Positions 49,922-59,024 of a DNA stretch of 64,000 nt are shown here, one piece after another. The position numbers were made by a program, and so were the translations under genes. Below the pieces are notes generated by a model. It did not search any database and was not told where the DNA came from. It saw only the letters and a list, made by a program, of their open reading frames with translations. This DNA is from a virus, in IMG/VR virus record IMGVR_UViG_3300022674_000045, positions 37,628 through 101,627 of that record. One strand, 5' to 3'. Position 1 is the stretch's first letter, and each line of letters starts with the position of its first letter.

Positions 49922-50052
49922 TTTCCCCAAAGGTAGAAATGTAATATTTTGGTTTGAAAAACAGGGATTGAACCTGCTACCTATTGCGCCAATTGCAATT
50001 GCTCTACCAAATGAGCTATTTTCAGAAATTACAAAAAGTCCTTTGAGGGAAA
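49922..50052 (-). ncRNA. Structured ncRNA array unit B carrying a full tRNA-like insert
   Basis: CCCTCAAAG-GACTT-TTTGTAAT-TTCTGA..ATTACAT-TTCTA-CCTTTGGGG enclosing the cloverleaf 49950-50025. Confidence 0.75.
49950..50025 (-). tRNA. tRNA-like element (pseudo-tRNA, nominal TTG anticodon) nested in unit B
   Basis: 76 nt: CTGAAAA TA GCTC-ATTTGGTA-GAGC A ATTGC-AATTGGC-GCAAT AGGTA GCAGG-TTCAATC-CCTGT TTTTCAA A CCA; C1:A72 mismatch and A33 instead of U33. Confidence 0.55.
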
Positions 50053-50059
50053 TTATTAA

Positions 50060-50141
50060 AAATTAGAAGTAGCAAATGTAGAAGATGATGGCGTCATTTC
50101 CACAATGATATTATCTGAATCTACATCAAGTCTTCTAATTT
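50060..50141 (-). ncRNA. Structured ncRNA array unit C
   Basis: AATTAGAA-GACTTG-ATGTAGA-TTCAGA..TCTACAT-TTGCTA-CTTCTAATT. Confidence 0.7.
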
Positions 50142-50152
50142 ATTTGTTTGGA

Positions 50153-50262
50153 GCCCGAAGTGATAGTTGTATTTAAGTGAGGGATTTGAACCCTATACGT
50201 TTGCTTTCAAGGCAAATGATGAACCAATCATCGTTCTGAAAATACAGACAAGTCTTCTGGGC
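50153..50262 (-). ncRNA. Structured ncRNA array unit D with D, anticodon and T arms (TGA anticodon loop)
   Basis: GCCCAGAA-GACTTGTC-TGTATTT-TCAGA; GATG/CATC D-arm, TTTGC-CTTGAAA-GCAAA, AGGG-TTCAAAT-CCCT; closes with AAATACA..CTTCGGGC. Confidence 0.75.
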
Positions 50263-50269
50263 ATAAAAG

Positions 50270-50341
50270 AAGGGAGGGAGATGTGACACTTTAGTTACAT
50301 TTTCACGGCAATGTTGTATCAGAAATCACATCAAGTCCCTT
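50270..50341 (-). ncRNA. Structured ncRNA array unit E
   Basis: AAGG-GACTTG-ATGTGA-TTTCTGA..TCACAT-CTCCCT-CCCTT. Confidence 0.7.
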
Positions 50342-50351
50342 TAAAATTTAC

Positions 50352-50419
50352 AATAAATTTGAGGGAGTCGAACCCTCATCTCACTACATTAATATGTATG
50401 AGTCAACCGATAATTTATT
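50352..50419 (-). ncRNA. Leader tRNA-like element with T-arm
   Basis: AATAAATT/AATTTATT closing stem, CTCA-TACAT/ATGTA-G-TGAG arm, TGAGGG-TTCGACT-CCCTCA T-arm. Confidence 0.5.
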
Positions 50420-50422
50420 TTA

Positions 50423-50444
50423 TTCAGATATTAATATATATAGA
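50423..50444 (-). promoter_or_regulatory. Putative early promoter TCTATATATATTAATatcTGAA
   Basis: One of three near-identical intergenic copies; heads the ncRNA array and a ~42-kb minus-strand gene run. Confidence 0.7.
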
Positions 50445-50463
50445 TATTAAAACTTTAAATGAA

Positions 50464-50724
50464 TTAGGTTGCGTCAACTAATGCGGGTTGTCGTGGATTA
50501 TCCAAGTCAAAAATAAGCTTTTTGCCAGGGTAGCTATCAGCTGTATTTTTAATTACATTTTTAATTCCTGATTGCATAAAATTGTTAGTATAATAAATTT
50601 GAATACCACCTTTGAAATTAAAAGCTACTCCATCATGAGTTTCAGAAACATCAACTAACTCACTTCTAGGAACAGTTATTTTCATTTCTCCACGTTTAAT
50701 TGTAATTGTAGCGTCTTCAGCCAT
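50464..50724 (-). CDS. Hypothetical protein
   Basis: 86 aa with GAGGAG SD. Confidence 0.65.
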   Translation of the reverse strand: MAEDATITIKRGEMKITVPRSELVDVSETHDGVAFNFKGGIQIYYTNNFMQSGIKNVIKNTADSYPGKKLIFDLDNPRQPALVDAT

Positions 50725-50728
50725 TCGT

Positions 50729-51343
50729 TTACTCCTCTCTTAAAGCTAATAATATGGAAACATATAAAGCTTTTGATTTTTCACAAAACCATTCAATAAG
50801 TTTCTCTTTATCATATGTTCTAAAAAAATCAGTAATTAACTCGGAATAATGATGGGTGTCCAACTGTTCTTCAATCTCCCTAAGTATTTTAGGAATATTT
50901 TGTTCGCAAAACTTTTGAAGTTGGAATGAGTTTAAATCTGGGTTTAAATATTTCCATACATCAGTTATAAATTTTTCGTGCTTAAATTCTACAAACTCTA
51001 TAAAGTCAAAAAGTTCGTTAATATCCTCCTGATTATAAAACGGATTTACTTTAACTGAAAATTCAAATCCATATTTCTCTGGAAGTTTTTGTACAATTGC
51101 AAATGCTAAATATTGTTGGTTCTTTAAAGTATGTCTTTTAATATGAGAGATTACAGAATTATAATTTTCTTTAAATTCCGGTTTGCCCATATAATCTGTT
51201 ATATTCACAAAATAATATTGCATCAATCCAGCATCAACCACTGGAGTTGTCGTATTACCCTCAATCATTTCATCTTCATAATCATATTCTGGTAGTGGAA
51301 ATGTATTTCCACACAAAACTTTTAGTTCTTCAGAGTCGTACAT
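50729..51343 (-). CDS. Hypothetical protein
   Basis: 204 aa directly after RNAP set 2 beta gene. Confidence 0.7.
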   Translation of the reverse strand: MYDSEELKVLCGNTFPLPEYDYEDEMIEGNTTTPVVDAGLMQYYFVNITDYMGKPEFKENYNSVISHIKRHTLKNQQYLAFAIVQKLPEKYGFEFSVKVNPFYNQEDINELFDFIEFVEFKHEKFITDVWKYLNPDLNSFQLQKFCEQNIPKILREIEEQLDTHHYSELITDFFRTYDKEKLIEWFCEKSKALYVSILLALREE

Positions 51344-51344
51344 T

Positions 51345-54300
51345 TTAATCCCTCGTTAACATTAATGAAATAAAATATGAGTTTAATAAATCTTTGGCCG
51401 GAGAAACCTTGGCTTCACGATATCCGGCATTTCCATTTTTAATAATATCTGCTAAAATTTCCTCTTTTGTTACATAATCATCTGATAGAGGTCCCATAAA
51501 TTCAGAAAGTACTGCTGGACAATTATAGGATATAAATGAATATGTATCAAGCTCTCCCAATCTTTGACCACCTTCATTTCGTTTACCCGCTGTTGGTTGG
51601 CTTGTTTTTCCAGAGACAGGGCCAGTTGATCGTCCATAGATTTTTGCATCACTCATATGTTCAAGTTTTGCAATATACATATACCCAACAGGAACAGCTT
51701 TGGCTGTTTTGGTATTAAACTCTGGTAAAGTCAATTTATATGCAGTTTTTAATCCCAAAACATTTAATGATGTTTTAATATCATTATGACTTGGAGCTTT
51801 AAATGGGGGTATAATAATTGGATAAAAACCTGTTTTCTTAACTTGTGCCACAAGTTCATTATATCTAGCTGTTGATAATCTGCTTAAGTTAGCAATCAAT
51901 CTTGTTGTTGCTTTTTTGTTTGGAGATTTATCAAGAGGCCCATAAACTTTTTTGATCAATTCTATTGCTTTTGGTTTTGTAAGAGTTGGAATTAATCTTC
52001 CCAACTCTCTTGCCATAAGACCACAATACATTTCATATAATTGACCAATATTCATTCTACCCAACAACCCTAATGGGTTTAATACAATATCAACTCTTTC
52101 ACCGTTTGGAAGTCGCGGCATTAATTCATCTTTTTCAACTAATGATATAATACCCTTATTTCCATAGCGATTGCATAGTTTATCTCCGAATCCAACTCTC
52201 AATTCCTGTTCGATTCTAAATCTGATAAGAACTCCTTTAACAGAAACTCCCTTCACCATAAATTTATCTTTCGGTGGTTTAGGATATTTTTTGTTTGTTC
52301 TATTTATCAATTCTTTCAACTCTGGAAATTTATTATCTTCCACATTTGAGAATACTTGAATATCAACTATTCTCCCTCCCGGACTCTTTTTAATATATTG
52401 TCCAGCAAAAAGATCTGTTGTTTCGTCATCCTCAAACCCAATAATGTCTTCAATATCACCAAATGTTTTTCTTAGTAAAGGTTGTCCTTTTTCAATAGGT
52501 TCTCCAATCTTTGCTATATATAACAACCTATCATTTTCTGCTAACATTACTTCTTCTTCAACACCATGTAAAGATGTCAACATATCGTTGTTTGCTACTC
52601 TTTCATTAATAACAGCACCATCTTCAAAATTAAACCCCTTATACGGCATTAGAGCTGCTAATAATGGCCTTCCCAATGAGATTGATCCTTGTGACATACA
52701 AGCGCCTTCTGCAATAACATCACCTTCTTTAACATTTTGACCAGGTTTAACAATAGCATTAAAAACACTTAATGTATTTTTACCTGAACCTGAACGAAGG
52801 TGTACAGGCGATATATCAACCACATCAGACCGTCTTTGACCGCATTGTACTTTAATTGCATCCTTTGTTACACTTAATATCTTTCCTGTGCATGGAGCGC
52901 GTTTTACGAAGTTCTCTGATAATACATCAGTTAATATTGATTCATAACCAGATTGAACAACAGGAGGTTGTGGATTCTTCAACGGCAACATTTGTTTAGC
53001 TTGATTTGCAAGCATGATAACACGAGCACCATCTGTATTTTCTAAAAATGGAACCATACATGTCGAAGTTGAAAGCATTCCAGACCCTTCTTTATCATCT
53101 AATTGTTTTGTGCCAAACAATCCACGAGATGATGAAATAAGAGCATCAATCGTTAGTTGTTGAACAATTCCAATGTTTCCACCTTCAGGTGTATCCAATG
53201 GGTCAATATTTCCAAAATATGTTGGGTGTATATTACGAGCTACAGCATGTATAGCTCTTTTATCAGGAATACCACCAACCTTTTTACCGACTGGGGAAAT
53301 TCTTGTCATTGTTGACATTTCTTCAATTGGATTTGCATATTCCATATCAACAACCAACTCGGTCATTAAGAAATCACTTAATACTTTTGTTTGAGGAACT
53401 TCAAATTGAGCTTCTGTATTTCCTGATAATACTTGACTTCTATATGTAGTATATGCTGCGAGAATCTGTTTTTGTGCAAGGTGAACAAGAACCTCTGAGT
53501 TTCTAATACGTTGATTAGATAGATCATTTCTTTCAATCACAAATCCTTGTACAACTTTTTCCGTCATATACTGCATAATCAAATCTAATGTAGTGGGTAA
53601 CTGTTTTGTTTTTAATACTTGTTTAACAACAGGATCAACAATATTTTGTAGGTTTTGACTGATCAAAAATGGAGCATTGATTCGACCAGTTAATTGAATT
53701 ATTAGATCCTCAAAATACTCGGTCGTTGGAAATTCTTTTTCAATTTTATATTGCTCAGGTTTCCCATGCATAAAACCTTTACATAATTGTTTTTTAAGAT
53801 CTGTGTCAACATTTGTAAATATCACATATTGATCGTTTTTAATTTTACCAAAAAATTCAACGTTATCAGGCTTACTAGAAACAATATCATATGTTATTTT
53901 ATATTGTTTACAGGTTTCTCTAAAACCAAAACTAAATGCTAATAAAAAGAATAGAGGCATTTTATATGACATAAATGATTCAAGATATTTTACACGTCTT
54001 AAATCTTTTACATAAATTCTAAATACTGAATATGAACTTTCAAATCTTGAATGACCAGGCTTTGGGAATGTTATTGGATCCTGTACAATTTGATTTGTAA
54101 GGCATTTTTGTTTTCCGTTTAGTCGGAACACTCCAGTATCAGGATCAATTCTTGGAAGTTCAATTTTTACATTGTGCGTATTTCCAAAATCATCTTTTAA
54201 AACAATCGTTGCAATATTTAGATCGGACTTCATAATTTCACCTGGTCTTCCTGGTTTAGGTGCAATAGTAAAATTCTCTATTCTTAGAGGAATATCTTTT

Positions 54301-55430
54301 GTTTCCAATACCTTAAATGAGTTCGTCAGATCTTTTTTCAAATTTGTTTGAAAATCCACCTGTCTCTTTTTAAATATATGACCTGGAGATTTTCCATCTG
54401 TCATTGCAGTAGGATCATATACTGAAATAGTTTCATCAGTTGAAAGAGCAACTGCCTTTTCTGGTTGCAGTAAATCACCTGCCAAACTTTTATCAACAGC
54501 TTGTAATGCTTTTAATTTATTTTTTGATGAAATATTTTTAGATAGTAATTTTGATCTTTCCAAATCCCCACTTGTTTTATAAAAGATTGATGCAGTTGCA
54601 ACATCTTTAATATCATCCACTGTTGCGTCACCAGAAACTATTTTCTCTGCTTGATCTGGATCCGTTGATAAAAATGATTGAATAGCCGCTTTAATTTTCC
54701 CTTTATTTTCAGGTTCAAGATGTTTATCAAGAGCTTTTACGACAACATTGGCGGCTTTGTTGCTTTCTTCTTCTTGTTCTTCTTCTGTAGGAACTCCTTT
54801 TAATGTACGCATATAGTTAACTATTCTCTGAAATTTAAATTCTTTATCTTTAACCAATAGTCTATATGCTGGGTTTCCATGTGACATTGTATTTAACATC
54901 ATAGCATCAAATGGAAAATTTCCATCTTTCATATCTCTAATAAAAGGAAATATTTTTCTATTAACAAATGAATTTACATCTTTATTGAGATCAACTGCAT
55001 ATAAAAGAATTTTCTGATAGTTTCCAGGAAACTGGTTCGCTGCTGTCATTAAAGCATTTTTCAAAAGAAATCCGGCTCTTTGACGATAATTAGTTGGCTT
55101 ATACATTACATCAATAGCGTTGACATATTGTGATAAATCAAGTATAGCATTCTTTCCGGCTGGAACTTTTTGTCTTATTGAATATGGAATTAAATTCAAT
55201 GAACGATATAATCTCACAAGATCAGGTGTTAATCTGGTTCTTGGAATTGTTGTCATTGGAACAGAAACAACTCTAAAATCTACTTTCATTATATTCATCT
55301 TACTATATTCTTCTATAAGATTTGTGTTTTCGGGAAAGTATATCAATAGAAATGGTTCTTTTGTATTAATGGGGAACCTTACCCCATTGACAACATGAGT
55401 ATATTGTCTCCAACTTTTAAATTGAATCAT
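51345..55430 (-). CDS. Multisubunit RNA polymerase beta-like subunit, set 2 (probably virion RNAP), with ~380-aa N-terminal extension
   Basis: DPLDTPEGGNIG, GDKLCNRYGNKGIIS, NPLGLLGRMNIGQ and GGQRLGELD motifs. Confidence 0.93.
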   Translation of the reverse strand: MIQFKSWRQYTHVVNGVRFPINTKEPFLLIYFPENTNLIEEYSKMNIMKVDFRVVSVPMTTIPRTRLTPDLVRLYRSLNLIPYSIRQKVPAGKNAILDLSQYVNAIDVMYKPTNYRQRAGFLLKNALMTAANQFPGNYQKILLYAVDLNKDVNSFVNRKIFPFIRDMKDGNFPFDAMMLNTMSHGNPAYRLLVKDKEFKFQRIVNYMRTLKGVPTEEEQEEESNKAANVVVKALDKHLEPENKGKIKAAIQSFLSTDPDQAEKIVSGDATVDDIKDVATASIFYKTSGDLERSKLLSKNISSKNKLKALQAVDKSLAGDLLQPEKAVALSTDETISVYDPTAMTDGKSPGHIFKKRQVDFQTNLKKDLTNSFKVLETKDIPLRIENFTIAPKPGRPGEIMKSDLNIATIVLKDDFGNTHNVKIELPRIDPDTGVFRLNGKQKCLTNQIVQDPITFPKPGHSRFESSYSVFRIYVKDLRRVKYLESFMSYKMPLFFLLAFSFGFRETCKQYKITYDIVSSKPDNVEFFGKIKNDQYVIFTNVDTDLKKQLCKGFMHGKPEQYKIEKEFPTTEYFEDLIIQLTGRINAPFLISQNLQNIVDPVVKQVLKTKQLPTTLDLIMQYMTEKVVQGFVIERNDLSNQRIRNSEVLVHLAQKQILAAYTTYRSQVLSGNTEAQFEVPQTKVLSDFLMTELVVDMEYANPIEEMSTMTRISPVGKKVGGIPDKRAIHAVARNIHPTYFGNIDPLDTPEGGNIGIVQQLTIDALISSSRGLFGTKQLDDKEGSGMLSTSTCMVPFLENTDGARVIMLANQAKQMLPLKNPQPPVVQSGYESILTDVLSENFVKRAPCTGKILSVTKDAIKVQCGQRRSDVVDISPVHLRSGSGKNTLSVFNAIVKPGQNVKEGDVIAEGACMSQGSISLGRPLLAALMPYKGFNFEDGAVINERVANNDMLTSLHGVEEEVMLAENDRLLYIAKIGEPIEKGQPLLRKTFGDIEDIIGFEDDETTDLFAGQYIKKSPGGRIVDIQVFSNVEDNKFPELKELINRTNKKYPKPPKDKFMVKGVSVKGVLIRFRIEQELRVGFGDKLCNRYGNKGIISLVEKDELMPRLPNGERVDIVLNPLGLLGRMNIGQLYEMYCGLMARELGRLIPTLTKPKAIELIKKVYGPLDKSPNKKATTRLIANLSRLSTARYNELVAQVKKTGFYPIIIPPFKAPSHNDIKTSLNVLGLKTAYKLTLPEFNTKTAKAVPVGYMYIAKLEHMSDAKIYGRSTGPVSGKTSQPTAGKRNEGGQRLGELDTYSFISYNCPAVLSEFMGPLSDDYVTKEEILADIIKNGNAGYREAKVSPAKDLLNSYFISLMLTRD

Positions 55431-55447
55431 TATAATTCTCCGTCAAT

Positions 55448-58400
55448 TTATCGCTTTTTAATCTCCACTAAATTGCCTGTCAACACTCTTTCAAGAATGC
55501 TTTCTTCACCAACATCTTCAGTAACGAGACCGGTCTTAATGGCTTCATTAATATTTTCAAATGCCAACCCTTGAATGAAACTTGATTTGAATACAATTTT
55601 CTTGATGTTTATCATTACAGGATCCCATTTTTTACCAAGTCTTGCTGGAAGGCTTTGATTAGTTCTATCTCTTAAAGCTTGGGATAATAGTATTTCAAGG
55701 TGAACAGAATCAATGTCTCTTAGAGGCCCATATATTGCAAATAGTTTTAAGAATAAATGGTCTGCATCTTTGTATATTTCACGACCTCCCAATAATCTTT
55801 TTACATAATTGATTTGTGCTTTTGTATCATCTGTTTGCATTGGAACTTCTAGAATTGTACTGTCTTTGGTAAATACTAATTTTAAAGTATCTTTTCCTTC
55901 ATAGGAAAAATCATAAGCTTTTAGTATTGCTGGGTAGTCCAATATAATATTAAATATAGCATCATCAAATTCAACTTTACATACTAACGATTTAACATAG
56001 ATTTCTGTTTCATCATCACCCCAAACTAAATCATCTGGTAGTGGATAATCATCAAGTGATATTGACATTACCATATCTTTTTTAGCAAATAATTCAGTAC
56101 TATTTTGACCCAAACATCTAGATACAATGTCTTGTGTTGTTAATGGATCATTTTGGACAATATCATATTTAATATTACGTTCTTGAATCTTTACTGCTCC
56201 ACCCGTATGAAAGGTTTTCATGATTGTTTGAGTTCCAGCTTCACCTACAAGCTGTGCCGCAAGAACACCAGCATATGGAGTTCTATGTCTTAATAATAAA
56301 TCTCCGTAACAGGTATGACAAATCTTTTGAGATTCACATAACATCGGTGATCTTAAATTTACAACATCACCTATTTTTGTTCCTGCTGGATCAAATTTTT
56401 CAATCTTATTTCCTTTTAAAACATATCGTCCGTTGAATCTTCCTTGCATTTCTTTATTCATTCTGAATCTTAACACACGATTTGTTTTACAATCTTTTAA
56501 ATTATGATCAATTTCAACACTATTTAAAACATATGCTAATTGTCTTGAAAAATATCCTGTATCAGCTGTATTCAAAACACGGTCACTAATACCCTTTCTT
56601 GCACCTGAGGACGCTTCAAAATATTCGGTGTTAGTCAATCCATCAGCAAATGATCCTTCAATTGGAGGTATAACTTTTCCTTGTGGATCAGCGATCAATC
56701 CTTTTGCAACCAAAATTTGCATTGGTTGCGTCCATCCTTTTCCGGCCCCTGATTCAACCAAATCATACAACCCTGTATTTTTTAAATGCTCAACTAATAA
56801 TTTTTGTGCTTGTTTTAATAATGCTGCAGTTTCCTCGGTTGATGCATTTTTCAATTTCTTTTTTAATGCAAGGATTGAATCTGGTAATTGAATATCATCA
56901 AGTGATAGTGTAGGTGCCATTATTGTTGCAAATTTAAAAGCAATAGTTTTTAATGCAGAAAATGTATTAACCGCTTGTTCCTGACCATATTTTCTTAGAA
57001 TTACTGGAATTAAACTGTTTGCAAATTTCTTTGTCACAACTTGCTCTATAAATGGGAATGAAGTCGGAAAGGCACTATTAAATATTGCCTTTCCCATTGT
57101 TGTAACATGACCACGATATTTTACTGGAATATATGGGTCAGTTGCGGATTCTAAATCTTTATCAAATACTTGTATTGGAGATTGTGCCTTCTTTACATCT
57201 TTTGTTAATGTGTATAAACCAGCTGCCATCTCTTTTGATAATTCAAATGTTATTGCTGAATCACTATCTCCGGCTTCTCCCTTCATCATTTTATTTTTAA
57301 CATCCTCTTGTGCTTCATTTGTAATTGGATGATAAATGGCCATTGTATCACCATCAAAGTCAGCATTGAACCCACCAACCTGTAATGTACACAACTGAAT
57401 AGAGTTTCCTGAAACTAAAATTGGTTTAAACCCACGAACTGATTCTGGTCTAAGTGCTGGGTCACGTTTCAATAAAACGTATCTTCCCATCATTGCAACT
57501 TCTGCGGCATCCCATATTATATTATATAAATCTTTAGGGATGTTATCATCGTTTTTAATTCCCTTGAATATTAGTTTTATACTATCAATGGATAATTCAA
57601 ATCCTGTATATGATTTTACAGAATCTTCTAGTTTCTTTTGATCAACTTTCCCAGAATGAAACAATCTATAAATAATAAACGGTTCAAATAAACTAACGGC
57701 TAATCTTAGTGGAACCCCAACTTCATTTACTTTTAATGATGGACCTGGAGTAATAACAGCACGGCCAGTAAAATCAGCACGTTTTGCTAGCAAACTTGAA
57801 CGTATAATACCGCTTTTCTTTTGAATTAGCTTGCGAATAAAATTATCATGCTCTATAACAGCTTTTTGTAACTGATAATTTAAAAGATCAAATAATGGTC
57901 CCTTTCCAGTACTTTTAATCTGATATGAACGTCTCAACAATGCCCAATAATATTCATTCAAAGGATTTACAATCCACATTCCTTTGGCATCTTGATATGC
58001 AGTTCTTTGCTCTGGTGGAATGACTGGGATCATATCAATAAATAAATTTCCTTCTTTGGATGCCTGCTCAATCTTTTTAATGAATTTTTCTCTTGTGTCT
58101 GTTCCACCTCTGAATTTTATTTTTGGAATAGCCTGCATAAATTCAGAGATTCCTGTAACTCCATTTGGATCTTCTTGTAGTGATCCCGCATCAGTGACGC
58201 TAAAAGAGCTTTCAGTTGATAAATACTTTTCAATTTTTCTATCTAATTGAATCAAAAGCAAATATGCAGATGGATGAATTACTTGAGCATTCAAATTAAT
58301 ATATGAAAAAGTTTTCTTTCTTTCCGGAGACTCCTCCGGTCCAAAGATGATTTCGGAGAATACTCCTTCTGGATGCCACTCTCCTGGTTTTGAAAGCATC

Positions 58401-58462
58401 TGCGTTGAAGTTACGGGTTTCAAACCCTTTTTAAAATTCTTGGTGTCTAAAAATTGTATCAT
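55448..58462 (-). CDS. Multisubunit RNA polymerase beta'-like subunit, set 2
   Basis: NADFDGD, KRADFTGRAVI, TADTGYFSR and MKTFHTGG motifs; lacks the N-terminal Zn finger. Confidence 0.95.
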   Translation of the reverse strand: MIQFLDTKNFKKGLKPVTSTQMLSKPGEWHPEGVFSEIIFGPEESPERKKTFSYINLNAQVIHPSAYLLLIQLDRKIEKYLSTESSFSVTDAGSLQEDPNGVTGISEFMQAIPKIKFRGGTDTREKFIKKIEQASKEGNLFIDMIPVIPPEQRTAYQDAKGMWIVNPLNEYYWALLRRSYQIKSTGKGPLFDLLNYQLQKAVIEHDNFIRKLIQKKSGIIRSSLLAKRADFTGRAVITPGPSLKVNEVGVPLRLAVSLFEPFIIYRLFHSGKVDQKKLEDSVKSYTGFELSIDSIKLIFKGIKNDDNIPKDLYNIIWDAAEVAMMGRYVLLKRDPALRPESVRGFKPILVSGNSIQLCTLQVGGFNADFDGDTMAIYHPITNEAQEDVKNKMMKGEAGDSDSAITFELSKEMAAGLYTLTKDVKKAQSPIQVFDKDLESATDPYIPVKYRGHVTTMGKAIFNSAFPTSFPFIEQVVTKKFANSLIPVILRKYGQEQAVNTFSALKTIAFKFATIMAPTLSLDDIQLPDSILALKKKLKNASTEETAALLKQAQKLLVEHLKNTGLYDLVESGAGKGWTQPMQILVAKGLIADPQGKVIPPIEGSFADGLTNTEYFEASSGARKGISDRVLNTADTGYFSRQLAYVLNSVEIDHNLKDCKTNRVLRFRMNKEMQGRFNGRYVLKGNKIEKFDPAGTKIGDVVNLRSPMLCESQKICHTCYGDLLLRHRTPYAGVLAAQLVGEAGTQTIMKTFHTGGAVKIQERNIKYDIVQNDPLTTQDIVSRCLGQNSTELFAKKDMVMSISLDDYPLPDDLVWGDDETEIYVKSLVCKVEFDDAIFNIILDYPAILKAYDFSYEGKDTLKLVFTKDSTILEVPMQTDDTKAQINYVKRLLGGREIYKDADHLFLKLFAIYGPLRDIDSVHLEILLSQALRDRTNQSLPARLGKKWDPVMINIKKIVFKSSFIQGLAFENINEAIKTGLVTEDVGEESILERVLTGNLVEIKKR

Positions 58463-58464
58463 TA

Positions 58465-58914
58465 TTAGTTGCCTTTATACATATCTAGGTGTTGTTTGAT
58501 ATTTTTAAACATTCTTGTTACTTTAGCTTTTCTTGCTCCTGCTGACATGGGTTTTGGAACTTCTTTAGATAAAACACTATGTCTGTGATTCAATTGATTT
58601 AAAATTTTTTGAATATCATTAGAATCAAACATATCTGCTTTTTGCGCCATAAGTTTTTGAACCATTTTAATTGCAACAGCAATAACTTTTGGATCTTCTA
58701 TCCCAGCTCTGTTACATAATGGAATTAAGTATGGAGCTGTATCTCGACCAATTGGAAGTAGCTGTAAGAAACATTTTGGTTTCTCTCCATATAGTCTATC
58801 TCTTAAATCTTTGTTTTGTAAATATGAAAGACTATCTTCTGGATTAATTAACTCGTTTGCTTTTCTAATTAGTTCTGATAAGTGGTGAATATCTTTCTTC
58901 AATTTTGTACTCAT
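58465..58914 (-). CDS. Hypothetical protein upstream of RNAP set 2
   Basis: Start MSTKLKK at 58914 after GGAGGG; the longer ORF-track start overlaps a terminator. Confidence 0.65.
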   Translation of the reverse strand: MSTKLKKDIHHLSELIRKANELINPEDSLSYLQNKDLRDRLYGEKPKCFLQLLPIGRDTAPYLIPLCNRAGIEDPKVIAVAIKMVQKLMAQKADMFDSNDIQKILNQLNHRHSVLSKEVPKPMSAGARKAKVTRMFKNIKQHLDMYKGN

Positions 58915-58958
58915 TTTAATAAACCCTCCGTATCGTGGGTGTACATACCTCTTTGTAA

Positions 58959-58967
58959 TTTGTTCTA
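58959..58967 (-). promoter_or_regulatory. Putative late promoter motif TAGAACAAA
   Basis: Follows a terminator and heads the RNAP set 2 operon. Confidence 0.5.
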
Positions 58968-58983
58968 AAAAATATATAGTTAG

Positions 58984-59024
58984 AAAAAATAAATTGGGGG
59001 AGTGTTTCATCCCCCAATTTATTT
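58984..59024 (-). terminator. Intrinsic terminator
   Basis: AAATAAATTGGGGGA-TGAAACAC-TCCCCCAATTTATTT followed by T-run. Confidence 0.8.

Noticed and set aside
49950-50262. Ordinary functional tRNA-Gln and tRNA-Ser genes
   Set aside because: The first lacks U33 and has a 1:72 mismatch; the second lacks an acceptor stem, CCA and long variable arm. Both are kept as tRNA-like elements only
49840-50420. CRISPR array
   Set aside because: Repeats are degenerate, each unit is closed by its own complementary 3' arm, spacing is irregular and no cas genes are present; this fits structured RNAs instead
4610-58462. Inteins or group I introns in terL, RNAP, topoisomerase or helicase genes; stop-codon recoding
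   Set aside because: ORFs are continuous and compact with no Hint or homing-endonuclease motifs; code 11 gives dense coding
58915-59010. N-terminal extension of ORF 58465..59010
   Set aside because: It overlaps a terminator and a promoter motif; the SD supports a start at 58914
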